This document shows, piece by piece, positions 1 to 14,087 of a DNA stretch of 64,000 nt (position 1 is the first letter of the stretch; every line of letters begins with the position of its first letter). The stretch lies in NCBI RefSeq assembly GCF_009914755.1, contig NC_060947.1, one strand, 5' to 3'. A program made the translations under genes and the position numbers. The stretch is from the human T2T-CHM13v2.0 reference genome, Homo sapiens. A model generated the notes under the pieces. It made no database searches and had not been told where the DNA came from. It worked only from the letters and a program-made list of their open reading frames with translations.

Positions 1-821
1 CTAAATGTTTATATCTCCCTCACAACTTGGAAATGTTTCAGCTATTCACTTACTAAATGTGTTTTCTATGCCTTTCCCCATCCCTTCTTTTTCAAAAACT
101 CCTGTCATACAAATATTTATTCACTAATGGTGTCCCATAAATCTTGCAGTCTGTCTTCACTCTTTTTTATTTTCATTGCTTTTTTTTCCCTCTGACTGGG
201 TAATTTCAAATAACCAACATTGTAGTTCAGAGGTTCTTTTTTCTCATCGTGATTAAGTCTTCCATTGAAGCTCTCCTTCCTGTTGTGTTTTTTATTTTGT
301 TCATTTAATTCTTCAGATGTAAGATTTCTGTCTTCTTCTTTTTTATGGTATTTATTTTTTGAAAAATAATTATTGTTTATATTGTAAATTGTTTTCCTGA
401 TTTTGCTGAATTTTCTCACTGTACTTTCTTGCATCTCATGAAATTCTTTTAATATTCTTGTTTTGAATTCTTTCTCTGGCAATTTGTAGATTTCCCTTTT
501 ATAGCAGCATGTTATTAGAGAGTAACAGTGTGTCTTTGTTGGTGTCATATTTCTTGGGTTTTTTGTTTTTCTGTTTGTTTCTTGTGTGTTTGCATTGATG
601 TTTGTGAAACTGATAGGACAACTGCATTTCCAAAATTTTAAAAGTGTCTTTCAGAGAGAAAGAATTTCACCTTTTGGGGGTTTTAGTGTGCCAGTTGGGA
701 AGGGTGTGGTTACTCTGTTTAATGGTAGATTCATTGGTATACTCTTCATACAACTTCTTCAGCTGTGTTCAATTTGACAATAACTGTGATTACCTTGGTG
801 ACTGGGGCTGTAGAAGTTTGT

Positions 822-844
822 AGCAGCAGCAGCAGCAGCAGCAG
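822..844. repeat. (AGC/CAG)7 microsatellite
   Basis: agcagcagcagcagcagcagcag read directly. Confidence 0.9.
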
Positions 845-930
845 TAGTGTAGTTTGTTAATGTCCTTGTTGGTAAGAGCATTTGAGTCCTCTTATTCTCA
901 TTTTTCCCAAAATAAGGAGATGCAACCAAG

Positions 931-2375
931 TGATGGCAGCAGCCACTGCCATCATGCTGGCTGCAGCAGGGAGGTATGTCTGGGGCTGCATACTCCATGG
1001 AGCCAGTGGGAGCCAAGGACCAGCAGTAGCTTTGCCCCTTCTAAGTTGGGATGGGAGCTCCTCATGTTCAGCTGCAGCCACCCAAATCATGGCTGTAAAC
1101 CCAGGCATCTCACTCCATGGAGCAGGCAAAAACCCCTCCCTCCTGGGTTGGGCTGCAGCTATCCCATTTGCAGCTGTAGATCCAAGCCTCCCTGTGCTAT
1201 TGGTGGGGCCCAGGAGTAGGCAGAATCTCTGCCCCTTGGGTACAGGCCCATTTGCCCAACCCACAGCTGCAGACCTAGGTCTCCTGCTCCACTAAGCTGG
1301 CAGGAGTTGGGATGAGCAGGAGCCCCACCCTTTCCCAGTTGGCAGGGTGGGAGCTACCCAGGTGCAGCTGCATTCTCCATGCCAGGTGCACAACCTGGTG
1401 CATCCTCATGGCCTGGAAAGGCCCCCATCCATGTTCCAAAAGGCTTGGGGTTATCTGCTCCTGCTGCCTGGCCTCTCTCTGCTCCCAGGATCTGCTCTTA
1501 TCTGAGTGTGGGGTTGAGGTCAAAACAGGGCACTGTCACAGCCTGGCAGGTGTGCACATGCTCAGGGAAATATTGACATGCTCTCTCCCTGCCCTCTTGT
1601 CCCCCTCCAGAAGTTAGGCCCTGATGAACATGAGATGGGAAGCTAAGTGGGAGACTGAGGGGGGCTGGGCACTGGCCTGCAGGTGCCCCTTGGTGTCAGT
1701 AGCCTGGGCACCATGGATGATTACAGGAGGCAGACAGGCTCCTGAGTGGAAGAGGGAGGGTCTCCAGTGAAGCCTCACCTTCAGGACAGACTGCCAGTCC
1801 TGTGGACCAGATGGGGGAGCTTATGGTGCTTTGTTTCTGGGCCTGCCAGTGGCCACTGATGTACCAATGAGCATGCACTTCCTCCCTTCTGAGGTCCATA
1901 AATGCCCTAGGCTCAGCCTAAGCAGTGCAGAGGACTGAGAGGACAGAAAGGATGGAGACACAATGGAATGATCAGCTGCAGAGAGGAGTTACCCTCTCTA
2001 CTGAGAGCTTCAGAGAACTGCAGAGACATGGGGACTACCAGCTGCAGAGAGAAGCAATCCTCTCCAGGGTCTCCTCTTTGCTGAGAGCAGCAGATGTTGA
2101 TTTGACCACTAGCAGAGAGGAGTTACCATCTCCAGTGCCTCCTCTCTGCTGAGAGCTGAATACTTGATGGGATGACCTGCCTACAGAGAGGAGCTACACA
2201 CTGTGGGTCTCCTCTGAGCTGTTCCAACACTTAATAAACCTCCTCTTAGTCTTGTTCACCCTTCACTTGTCTGCATGCCTCAGTCTTCCAGGATGCAGAC
2301 AAGAACTTGGGCAAAGGCACCACTGGCCACAGAGGTTTGTGAGCAGAAAACTGACACCTTAAAGATCCTGTAACA
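931..2375 (+). mobile_element. MER52-family solo LTR (ERV1)
   Basis: Starts TGATGGCAGC and ends GATCCTGTAACA (TG...CA). 4-bp TSD CAAG at 927-930 and 2376-2379. CCAAT at 1864, CATAAA at ~1897, AATAAA at 2233. GC-rich internal repeats typical of MER52. Confidence 0.9.
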
Positions 2376-3735
2376 CAAGGGGATTTCTTTTAGTGTCAGG
2401 TCTTACATGGCCTACAAGCTACTTCAGCAGTGCTTGATTCCAGATGCAGTGATCAGAGCAGTTTTAGGGTTGGGGTCCTAGGCTTGTGTTCTTGTGAACC
2501 TACTTAGGCACCTGGATCTTGGTTTGTAAGTTTTCTCTCTGTGACATTATTATATTTAGGTTGTCCACAGTGCCACAATCTGTAACTCTGAGGCACTCTT
2601 TAGCAGCTCAGGCCCAGGGGTGGGTTGTGGCTGTGGATCTATTCCTAGGGGACAGAACACAAAATTCGTGCTACTTCAAAGATGAAGGGGCTCTCTGGAG
2701 GTTTGCGCCTGGAAAGACGTTTACTGCTGCAACTTGGTAGCCTGATCCAACAAGGCTCAGTAGCAACTTGGACCCCAAGGAATAAGGCACCATGTAGTGG
2801 TTACTCTCAATCTTGGGTTAGTGGGGCTCTGCTGTACCTCAGACTCTGTAAGGCCATCAAAGCCAACAAGTACTTGTTCCCAGCTGCAACAAGTACTCCA
2901 GAATGGCAGATCATGGCTGTTGATTGTCTCCTGAGGGGTAGGGAGAAGTACAGAAATAATGACACTCTCTGTGGAGAGAAGTGTCTCAACAGCTAAGACT
3001 GCATGAGGTTAGTGTAGCTTCAGGGAAGCAGGATACTAGAATTCTTTGGCCTGTAGGGTGGGGTATCTCAGCTGCACCACTTTTCTATTTCCCTGAGACA
3101 TGGAGTACTACATCAGTTCACCCTATGATATGTTACTGTTTAGCTTGTTCAAGACACCATTTCCCCAGGGCACAACACACCTTTTCATCTCAGGCCCAGA
3201 GTGCATACCTGTTCCAGGTGACTCAGACACCATTTCCCTGGTATGTTGGGCACCACTTACTTTAAGTACTGTGGTGCATGACCACATTGGATGGCAAAGG
3301 CACCCTTTTCTGAGAGGTACTTGGGCACTAGGGAAGAATAACTCCTCTGGGTGGCCAAGGTACTGTTTTCCAAGGAGACAGTGTAGTACTTTAGCTTAGA
3401 TACAGAGAGGTGTGACTGCTCTTGATAGCCAAGGCACAATTTCTTTGGGATTTTTAGTGTTGCTTCAGCTCTGACACAAGGGTGAAGGGTGCAGCAGCAA
3501 CTGAGATATGTTTTAGGAGCTGCCTTGCCAAGGCATCATTTCAACAGAAAGAAATGTGCAGCTTTAGCTTAGCCCAAAGAGGCAAATTGAAGGCATCCTG
3601 TCAAAGTACTGTTTCTTCAGGAGGAAGTGCACTGCTTCAGCTCAGTCCTCTAGCAGCAGGGAATCACTGTGGCTGAAAGAGGTAGATGGAGCCCCTCTGT
3701 CAAAGCACTACTTCTCCAGCAGGAAGTGTCACTAA

Positions 3736-4015
3736 CTTTTTATTTGTTTATTTATTTTTGAATTTATTAAAATTATTGTATTTATTTGTGGAACACAATG
3801 TGATGTTTATCAACATATGAGGTAATTCACATACTTATCAGTTTTTAGTTTAATTCAATCTTATTTGTCTATATTTGCTTTTGGTGCCTGTGTTTTCCAG
3901 GTCTCATTCAAAAAGGTCATTGCCAAGATCAATGCCATGAAGATTTTTTCCTGTTTTCTTCCAGGAGTTTTAGAGTTTCAGGCCTTACATTTAAGTCTTT
4001 TAAATCCAATTTGAG

Positions 4016-4052
<37 letters not shown>

Positions 4053-5047
4053 GAAATTAGGTTTTCTTCATGTGGATATCCAGTTTTCTCAGCATCATTT
4101 GTTCAAGAGACTGTTCTTTTCCCACTGTGTGTTTCTGGCCTCTTTGTTGAAACTCAATTGACCTTAAGAGCATGGATTTATTTCTGGGCTCTCTATTCTG
4201 TTCCTTTTTTTTTTAATGCCAGTACCACCCTATTTAGATTACTATTATTTTGTAATAGATTTCAGTCCAGGCAATGAGATGCCTAGGGCTTTGTTCTTTA
4301 TGGTCAAAATTACTTCAGATATTTGGAGTCTTTTCTGGATATATATGAATTTTAGATTTTTTTTTCAATTTCTGTGAACAATGTCGTGTGGACTTTGATG
4401 GGGATTGCATTGAATATGTAGGTTGCTTTGGATGGTATGGACATTTTAACAATATTAAACTTTTTATTTAATAAATAAGTGAGATCTTTCCATGTATTTG
4501 TGTATTTTTTATAGCAAAACAGGGGGCCTATAGTCAATAATAAAAAGTATATTTCAATTTCTTTTATCAATGCTTTATAATTTTAAATGTATAGATTTTT
4601 CAACTTCTTGGTTAAATTTATTCCTAAGTATTGTTTTTATTTTTATTTTTTTGCTATTTTGAATGGGTTTTTTCATTGTTTTTCAGATCGTTTATTTTTA
4701 GTGTATAGAAACACTAGCAAATTTTGTTTGTTGATTTTGTGCTCTCCAACTTTACTGAATTTGTTGATCATTTCTATAAGTATTTTGGTAGAGTTTTTAG
4801 GGTTTTACATATATAAGATGATGTTATCTGCAAATAGAAACAATTTATCTTCTTCATTTCCAATTGAATGTCTCTTTTTTGCTTCCCTACTTTTTTTTTT
4901 CTAGTTAGAACATCCAGTACTAGGTTGAACAAAATTGGCAAGAGTGGGAATCTTTATCTTATTTTTTGATCTTAGGGAAAAAGCTTTCAAATTTTCTTTG
5001 TTAGGTATTATGTTAACTAATGGCTGGTCACATGTACCCTTTATTAA
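3736..5047 (-). mobile_element. L1MA-type fragment (poly-A tail/3' end joined to ORF2 remnant)
   Basis: T-rich tail at 3736. ORF 4352..4570(-) contains ORF2 motif NIVKMSIPSKATYIFNAIPIK. Confidence 0.7.
4018..4049. repeat. (GT)16 microsatellite
   Basis: Pure GT dinucleotide run read directly. Confidence 0.95.
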
Positions 5048-5049
5048 GC

Positions 5050-6612
5050 TTTTATGTCTTTAGCTATTCTTATGTATGTAGTGATAGCTTATTTTGATTG
5101 TAATTTATGTTTCTTGAATGGCTAATGATGATAATAAGCTAGTTTTTTATGTACTTATTTTTAATCTGTATTTTCTGATCTGTGAAATTATTTATTTTCT
5201 AATTAAATTGATATTTTTATTTTCTGTTGTTTTAATTGTTTTATCTGCTATATACTTGTCTTTTTTAAGCATGCAGCTTGCAAATATTTTCTTCCAGTCT
5301 GTAGCTCATCCATTTATTATTTTAAGAGTGTCTGTCACTGAACAAAAGTCTTTGATCTCAATGATTAAACCCAATTTATCATTTTTATCACTCTGTTTTT
5401 GATACCAAGTCTAAAAACATTTTGTTTATGCATATATCTACCAAATGTTTCTTCTATTTTTTCTAAAAGTGTTTTTGTTAATGTTTTTTACTTAAATCCA
5501 TACTTACTTTTGAATTTATTTGGGTAAAAGGGTTGGGACATTGCTTAAAGTTTATTTATTTGCCTGTGGATTTCTAATTATTTTGGTGCAATTTGTTGAA
5601 GAAGCTATCCCCCCTCCAAAGAATAATTTTCACAAGTTTGTGAAAAAATCAGTTGAGCATATTTGTATGGGTCTGTTTCTGACTGCTCTATTCTATTCCA
5701 GTGACTGATGTATGTATCCACGAAACAATGCCACACAATATTTATTACCATAAATGTATAATAGACCTTAAAATTAGGGAAACTAATTCCTTTTACTTTA
5801 TTTTCAAGGTGGTTTTAGTTATGTAAATTTCTTTCCAATATAAATCTTAGGTTTATCTTGTCTTTAAGATTCTTGTTAAACATTGTGAAAAATTGTGTTA
5901 AACCTATATATTAATTTTAATAGAGTTTACATTTTTACCATAATATTTCTTCAGCCAATGTACATGGTATATCTCTCGATGAATTTAAATCTTCTGTGAT
6001 ATTTTTATCAACATTGTGACATTATAAGTAAACAAGTGCTCTCTATATTTTTTAGATCTATGTCTAAGTTTTGCTTTCATTTGAGCAATTGTAAACATTA
6101 TTGTAATTTTTAGTTCCATGTCTACATAATAATTGCCAGTATATAAAAACAAAAATTATTTTTGTATGTTTTTCTTTAATGGTGTGACTCTGCTGAATTC
6201 ATGTATTAATTTTTGGAAGACTTTTAGGGATTCCTTGGAATTTTGTCCACAGGTAATCGTATCACCAGAAAATGAAGTCACAATTATCAGTTTTTCTTTA
6301 AAAATATTATGCTTTTTATTTCTTTGTGCTGCCTTATTGGACTATTTTAGACTTCTGTCACTATGTTTAATAAGGGTGGTGAAAGCAGATATTATTACCT
6401 CATTCACAGTCTTATGGGGAATGAATTCAATCTTTCACCATTAAATTAGTGGCAGATAGTTTGTAGAAGTTATTTATCAAGTTGAGTAAGTTCACCTATA
6501 TCCCTATTTTTTTCTGAGAGTTATTATTATAAAAAGGTGTTAAATTTTGTCAAATGCTTCTTTTCTGCACAAATTTATTTTAGAATGTGATTTCATTCTT
6601 TAGCCTATTAAT
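5050..6612 (-). mobile_element. Old, highly diverged L1M ORF2 fragment (host that appears to resume near 26378-26812)
   Basis: Degenerate antisense ORF2 phrases such as gttgagtaagttcacctatatccc and ttttgtcaaatgcttc. Confidence 0.6.
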
Positions 6613-6614
6613 AT

Positions 6615-9365
6615 TATTCTTAGTTTGCTAAGAATAATGTCCTCCACCTCCATCCATGTTTCTGCAAAGAACATTATCTCATTTCTTTTTATGGCTGCAT
6701 AGTATTCCATGGTGTATATGTACCACATTTACTTTATCCAGGCTATTATTGCTGGGCATTTAGGTTGATTCCATGTGTTTGCTATTGTGGATAGTGCTGC
6801 AATGAGCATAAACTTGCATGCTTCTTTATAAGAGAATTATTTATATTCTTTTGGGTATATATCCAGAAATGGAATTTCTGGGTTGAATGATATTTCTGCC
6901 TCTAGGTTTTTAAAACATCAACACACTATCTTCCAAAATGGTTGAACTAACTTACCCTCCCACCAACAGTGTAAAAAGCATTCCTTTTTATCCACAACTT
7001 TGCCAGCATTTGTTTTTTGACTTTTTAATAATAACCATTCTGACTGGTGTGAGATGGTATCTCATTGTGACTTTGATTTGCATTACTCTAATGATCAGTG
7101 ATGTTAAGCTTTTTTCACATGTTTATTGCCTCATATATGTCTTCTTTTGAGAAATGTTTGATCACATTCTTCGCCCACATTTTAATGAGGTTCTTTTGTT
7201 CTTGTAAATTTGTATAAGTTCCTTATAGATGCAGGATATTTGACCTTTGTCTGATTGATAGATTGAAAAATTGCATTCTGCAGATTGTCTGTTTACTCTG
7301 CTGATAGTTTCTTTTGCTGTGCTGAAGCTCTTTAGTTTAATCAGATCCTATTTATCAATTTTTGCTTTTGATGCAATTTCTTTTGGTGTCTTTGTCATAA
7401 AATCTTTGCTTATGCCTATGTAATAAATGATATTGTCTAGGTTTTCTTCCAAGGTTTTTATAAATTTGGGTTTTACATTTAAGTCTTTAATTCATCCTGA
7501 GTTGATTTTTGTGTATGTTGTAAGGAAGGGGTCCAGTTTCAATTTTCTGCATATGACTGGCCTGTTCTTCTGGTAGCATTTATTAAATAGGAAATTCTTT
7601 TTGCATTGCTTGTTTTCATGAAGTTTGTCAAAGATCAGATGGTCACAGTTGTGCAATCTTATTTCTGGGTTCTCTATTCTGTTTCATTGGTCTATGTGTC
7701 TGTTCTTGTGCAAGTACCATGCTATTTTGATTACTGTAATTTTGTAGTATAGTTTGAAGACAGGTAGTGTGATGCCTCTGTCTTTGTTCTTTATGTTTAG
7801 GAGTGTCTTGGCTATTCAGGGTCTTCTTCTGCCATATGAATTTAAAAATAGTTTTTTTCTAATTCTGCGAAGAATATCAATGGTGGTTTACTGGGAATAG
7901 CATTGAATCTATAAACTGCTTTGAGCAATATGTCCATTTTCATGACATTGATTTTTCCTATCCATGAGCATGGAATGATTTCTCACTGGTTTGTTTCATC
8001 TCTGATATCTTTGAGCAGTGGTTTGTAGTTCTCCTTGAAAAGGTAATTCACTTCTCTTGTTAGCTGTATTCTTAGGTATTTTATTCTTTTAGTTGCAATT
8101 GTGAATGGGACTTGATTTGTGATTTGGCTCTCGGCTTGCCTGTTGGTGGTGTATGAAAATGATAACATATTTTGCACATTGACATTGTATCCTGAGAGTT
8201 TTCTAAAGTTGCTTATCAGCTTAAGAAGCTTTTGAGTTGAGATCGCAGGGTTTTCTAGACGTAGGATTATGTCATCTGCAATCAAGGATAGTTTGACTTC
8301 GTCTCTTCCTATTTGAATATGCTTTATTTCTTTCTTATGCCTGATTGCCCTAGGCAGAACTTCCAATAGTATGTTGAATAGGAGTGTTGAGAGAGTGAAA
8401 ACTGGTCTTGTGCCAGTTTTCAAGGGCAATGCTTCCAGCTTTTGAGCATTCATTATTATATTGGTTGTGGGTTTGTCAAATATGGCTCTTATCGTTTTGA
8501 CATATGTTCCTTCAGTACCTAGCTTACTGAAAGTTTTTAACATGAAGTCATGTTGAATTTTATCAAAGGCCTTTTCTGCATCTATTGAGATAATCATGTG
8601 GTTTATGTCTTTAGTTCTGTTCATGTAATGAATCACATTTATTGATTTGCACGTGTTAAACCAACCTTGCATCCCAGGGATAAAGCCTACTTGATCGTGG
8701 TGGATAAGCTTTTTCATGTGCTGGTAGATTCAGTTTGCCAGTATTTTATTGAGGATTTTTGCATCAGTGATTATCACGGATATTGGCCTGAAGTTTTCCT
8801 TTTTTGTTGTATTTCTGCCAGGTTTTAGTATCAGCATGATACTAAAACCTCATAAAATGAGTTAGAGAGGAGTCCCTCCTCCTCAATTTTTTGGAATAGT
8901 TTTAGTAGGTATGGTATCAACTTTCCTATATACCTCTGGTAGAATTCAGTTGGGAATCCATCTGGTCCTGGATTTTTTTGTTGGTATGCTATTTATTACT
9001 GCCTCAATTTCAGAGCTTGTTATTTGTCTATTCATGGATTCAATTTCTTCCTGGTTCAATCTTTGAAGAGTGTATGTGTCTAGGAATATATCCATGTCTT
9101 CTAGATTTTCTAGCTTATGTACATAGAGGTGTTTATAATGTTATCTGATGGTAATTTGTCTTTCTGTGGGGTGAAAGGTAATATTCCCCTTATCATTTCT
9201 GATAGTGTTTATTTCAATCTTCTCTCTTTTTTTCTTTATTAGTCTAGCTGGTGGTCTATTTTATTTTTCAAAAAAACAGCTCTGGATTCATTGATCTTTT
9301 GAAGGGTTTTTTATGTTTCTGTCTTCTTCAGTTTCGTTCTGATTTTGATTATTTCTTCTCTTCTA
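6615..9365 (-). mobile_element. L1PA (about PA13-16 age) ORF2 fragment lacking both termini
   Basis: Continuous antisense ORF2 similarity that includes the RT ORF 7983..8717. Confidence 0.85.
7983..8717 (-). pseudogene. L1 ORF2 reverse transcriptase fragment
   Basis: [35 protein letters not shown] and LSLIADDII (degenerate FADD); flanked by stops and frameshifts. Confidence 0.92.
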
Positions 9366-12300
9366 CGAACTGAGAACCTTTGTAAAATCAGGTGAGCACT
9401 CACAGTACCTGGTTCTAACTTCATATCGCTAAAAGAGGCACTGAAGAGATAGAAAAAAACAGACCTAAATCATTGATGCCACCCCTCTAGCTCAGACATC
9501 AGCAGTATGGTGCAGAATGTCTCTGGGCACTGGGGGAGGTTTAACAGCAATAGTGAGACATTGAACACAGTGTTGTCCTGTTAGACCAGAAAGGAAAACC
9601 AGAACCACCTCAACTGAAGCCTGTCCATGGAGGAAGCATTAAATTAGTCTTAGCCAGAGGTGAATCACCAACCTCAGCAGTCCAAACTTGAGTGCCCACA
9701 AACCTCACCACCAAGAGACAAAGTGCTTTCAGCCTTTAAATAAACTTGACAAGCAGTCTAGGCCATGAGGACAGCAACTCATGGCAAGTTCTAGGAATGA
9801 ACTAGGTCCACAGACAGTGGATTTGGTGATGGGGTCGGGGGAGTATGCAACATACTGAAACCTGAGACACCAGCTGGGACAGCCAAGGGAGTGCTGGCAT
9901 TATCTCTCTCTTAGCCCCAGGCTGCACAGCTCAGGGCTCCAAAGGAGACCCCTACCTTCCTTCTGAAGAGAGGAGAGGGAAGAGTGGAAGGACTTTGTCT
10001 TGAAACTTGGATACCAGCTGAGCCACAGCAGGAACGGGCACCACTCACAATCATGAGGCCTCCATTCCAGGCCCTATTTCCCAGAAAACACTTCTAGAAA
10101 CACCCTGGGCCAGAAGAAAACCAGCTACCTTGAAGGCAAGAAACCAGTCCTGCCAGCATTTATTAACTGCTAACTAAAGTACCCTTGGGCATTGCATAAC
10201 CAGTAGTTATAACCAGGTACTACATCAAGGGCCTTGGTGAGCCTCTGAGACTCGCTGGCTTCAGGTGAGATTCAGCACATTACCAGCTCTGATGGCTATT
10301 GGGAAAAACTCCTTCTGCAGGAAAAAAAGAAAATAAAAAATTAAAGGGGACTTTGTCTTGAACCATATATACTGACACCACCACAGGGGGTAAAGCACCA
10401 AGCAAACTATTGGGTTCCCGATTTCAGGACTTGACTCTTGGATGGCATTTACGGACCTGCCCTGGGCCAGAGAGGATCCCTCTGCCCTAAAGGGTGACTC
10501 CCAGGCTAGGCAGCATTCATCACAAAGCTGCCTGGCCTGGGACTTAAGAAACTTTGAGCCTTAAGGGAACACTGATGGTAATCTGGCAGTACTCCTCATG
10601 GCCTGGGCTGGCAGTGGCTATGGGAGAAAATCCCTCTGCCTTTGAAAGGGGTGGGAAGAGTGGGAAGGACTGCATCTTGTGGTTTGAATATCAGCTCAGC
10701 CACAATACAATAAAATACCAGGTAGACATCTAAAGTTTTGGACTGTAGTCCCTGACTTTTAGATGGCACTGTTGGACCCACCTAAGGCCTGGTGACCTCA
10801 TTTCCCTGAAGAGAAGAACATAAGCTTAGCTGGCTTTGCCACCTGCTGATTATAGAGCCTCAGGGCATTGAGCAGCAAACATTGGCAGTAGCTAGAAAGT
10901 GGTTACAGGAGGCCTTGGATGATACCCAGCACTGGGCTGGCTTAAGGTCTGATCCAACAGAGTCCTAGTGGTGGTGGACACAGGGGTGCTGGTGTCACTT
11001 CACCTCCAGCTTTAGGTGGCTCAGAACAGAGACAGAAACTTAGTTTGTTTGGGAAAAAGTAAGGGTAAAGAGCAAGAGTCTCTGCCTGGTAATCCAGATC
11101 ATTCTCCTGGATATTGTCTAAGACCAACAATGTAGTAACTCTACCAGTCTGCAAAAACACAGCTTTACTGAGAGTTTGGGATAACCTTAAAGCAGAAACA
11201 GCTTAGATCACAACACTCAAGTATTTTCAAATATCTGGAAAGCCTTCCCAAGAAGGATGACTGCAAATAAGCCCAGACAGTGAAGGCTACAATGAAAACC
11301 TAACTCTTCAATGCCTGGACACTGGAGAACATCTACTAGCATCAACATTATCCAGGAAGTTATGACCTCACCAAATGAACTAAATAAAGCACCAGTGACC
11401 AATTCTAGAGAAACAGAGATAACTGACCATTCAGACAAAGAATTTAAAATAGCTATGTTTAGGAAACTCAAAGAAATTCGATACCACAGATAATGAATTT
11501 AGAATTTTATCTGATAAATTTAACAAAGGTACTGAAATAATAGAAAAAATGGAGGAAAAATTCTGGAATGGAAAAATGAAATTGACATAAAGAAGAATGC
11601 ATCCGAGTCCTTTGACAGCAGAATGAACTGAGGAAAAGAAAAAAAAATAGTGAGCTTGAAGACAAGATATTTGTAAATACACAGAGGAGACACAAGAAAA
11701 AAGAATAAAAAACAATAAAGCACATCTTCGAGATATAGAAAATCGCCTCAAAAAGGCAAATCTAAGAGCTATTGGCCTTAAAAATGAGGTAAAGAAAGAG
11801 CTAGGGATAGAAACTGTATTCAAAGTGATAATAACAGAGAACTTCCCAAACCCAGAGAAAAATATCAGTATCCAAGTACATGAGGGTTAAAGAACATCAA
11901 GCAGACTTAACACAAACAAGACTACACCTAGGCATTTAATAGCAAAACTTCCAAAGGTCAAGGAGAAAGAAAAAATTCTAAAAGTAGCAAGAAAATGAAA
12001 ATAACTTAAAATGAAGTTCCAATATTTCTGGCAGCAGACTTTCAGTTGAAACTTTACAAGCCAGAAGAAAGTGGCATGAGATATTTACAGTATTGAAAGA
12101 AAAGAAACTTTCCCCAGGATACTATATTGAGTGAAAATATTCTTCAAATATAAAGGAGATATAAAGATCTTCCCAGACCACAAAAGTTGGGGAATTTCAT
12201 TATACCAGACCCATCGTACAAGAAATGCTAAAGGGAGTACATGAACAATAAATAATTACCTGAAGGTACAAAACTCACTGGTAATAGTAAGTACACAGAG

Positions 12301-13404
12301 AAACACAGAATATAACACTGTAACTGTGGTGTGTAAACTACTCTTATCCTAAGTAGAAAGACTAAATCAAAAATAATATCTGCTACAACTTTTAAAGGCA
12401 TATTGAGTACAATAAGATATAAATAAAACAACAAAAATTAAAAGGTATGGAAATAAACTTAAAGTAATATTTTATTCATTTTCTTTTTGCTTGTTTTTGA
12501 AATTTGTTTATGCAAATAGTGTTAAGTAGTTATGTTAAAATAATGGGTTATAAAATAGTATTTGCAAATTTCATGGTAACTTCAAACTAAAAAACATACA
12601 ATGCAGATACAAAAAAGAAAAAGCAAGAAATGCTATCATATCACCAGAGAAAATTATTTTCACTTGAAAACGGAGTCTTCCTTCATTCCTGAAGAAAGGA
12701 ATAAAAAAGAAAGAAGAGAAGTTACAAAACAACCAGAAAACAAATAGCAAGGTGGCAGGGGTACGTCCTTACTTATCAATAATGACATTGCATGTAAATG
12801 GACTAAACTCTCCAATCAAAAGTTATAGACTACTTGAATGGAAGAAAAATTAAGACCTATGGAGGTATTGCCTACAAGAAACACACTTCACCTATAAAGA
12901 CACACATACGCCAAAATCAAAGGGATGAAAAAATATATTTCAAGCCAATGGAAACCAAAGAACACAAGAAGTCTCTTTACTTATATCAGACAATATAGAT
13001 TTCAAGACAAAACCTATAAGAAGAGACAAAGAAGGTCACTATATAATAATAAAGGGATCAATTCAGCAAAAGGATATAACAATTTTAAAGATATATGCAC
13101 CCAACACAAGAGCACCCAGATATATAAAGAAAATATTATTAGAGCTAAAGAGAGAGATAGGCTCCAGTACAATAACTGGAGACATCAACATTCCACTGTC
13201 AGCACTGGACATATCTCCCAGACAGAAAATTAACAAAGAAACCTCAGACTTAATTTCCATGATAGACCAAATAGATCAAGTATATATTTACAGAAGATTT
13301 CATCTAAGAGCTTTAAAATACATATCATTTTCTCAGCACGTGGATCATTCTCAAGTATAGACTATATGTTAGGTTACAAAACAGGTCTTAAAACATTCAA
13401 GACA

Positions 13405-13700
13405 GGTCAGGCACTGTAATCCCAGCATTTTGGGAGCCTGAGGTGGGTGGATCACTTGAGGTCAGAAGTTTGAGACCAACCTGACCAACATGGTGAAACC
13501 ACATCTCTACTAAAAATACAAAAATTAGCCAGGCTTTTTGGCATGTGCCTTTAGTCCCAGCTACTCAGGAGGCTGTGGCACAAGAATCACTTGAACCTGG
13601 GAGCTAGAGGTTGCTAGAGCCAAGATCACACCACTGCACTTCAGCCTTGGTGACAGTAAAGACTCCATCTCAAAAAATAAATTAAATTAAAATAAAATAA
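13405..13700 (+). mobile_element. AluS element
   Basis: Dimeric Alu (tgtaatcccagca...tactaaaaatacaaaaattagcc...gactccatctc) with an A-rich tail. A ~12-nt deletion near the 5' end removes part of the A box. Confidence 0.95.
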
Positions 13701-14077
13701 AATTCAAAAAAAATAAAGTAACACTAAATAACTTTTTTGACCACAATGGAATAAAATTATAAGTTAATAAAGAGGAATTTTGAAAACTATACAAATACAT
13801 GAAAATTAAGCAATATGCTCCTCAATAACCAGTGGGGTCATGAAGAAATTAAAAAATAAATAGATAAATGTTTTGAAACAAATAATAGTAGAAAAACAAC
13901 ATACCAAACCCTATAAATACAGCAAAAGAAATACAAATAGGGATGTTTATAGCTATCAGTGCCTGCATAAAAGAGAGGAAAAACTTCAAATGAACAATCT
14001 AATGATGCGTCTTAACAACAAGAAAAGCAAAAGCAAACCAAACTCAAAATTAGAAAATAGAAGAAGGGGATTTGCTG

Positions 14078-14087
14078 CAAGATGGCC
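14078..14087 (+). promoter_or_regulatory. Intact YY1 motif of the L1 internal promoter
   Basis: CAAGATGGCC at the canonical position, about +13 of the L1PA 5' end; activity not shown. Confidence 0.7.

Larger units (their letters stand above)
1..3735 (-). mobile_element. Old LINE-1 (L1M-type) 5' portion: ORF1 N-terminal remnant plus long 5' UTR, interrupted by a MER52 LTR
   Basis: ORF 117..548(-) has L1 ORF1 motifs (EFKTRILKEF...KKSEDRLQDLWDTI). L1M-like 5' UTR sequence flanks the LTR on both sides. The right boundary is approximate. Confidence 0.75.

Noticed and set aside
759-2152. Cluster of overlapping 65-137 aa ORFs, including poly-Ala
   Set aside because: They lie in the GC-rich MER52 LTR and the (AGC)7 repeat; no recognisable domain
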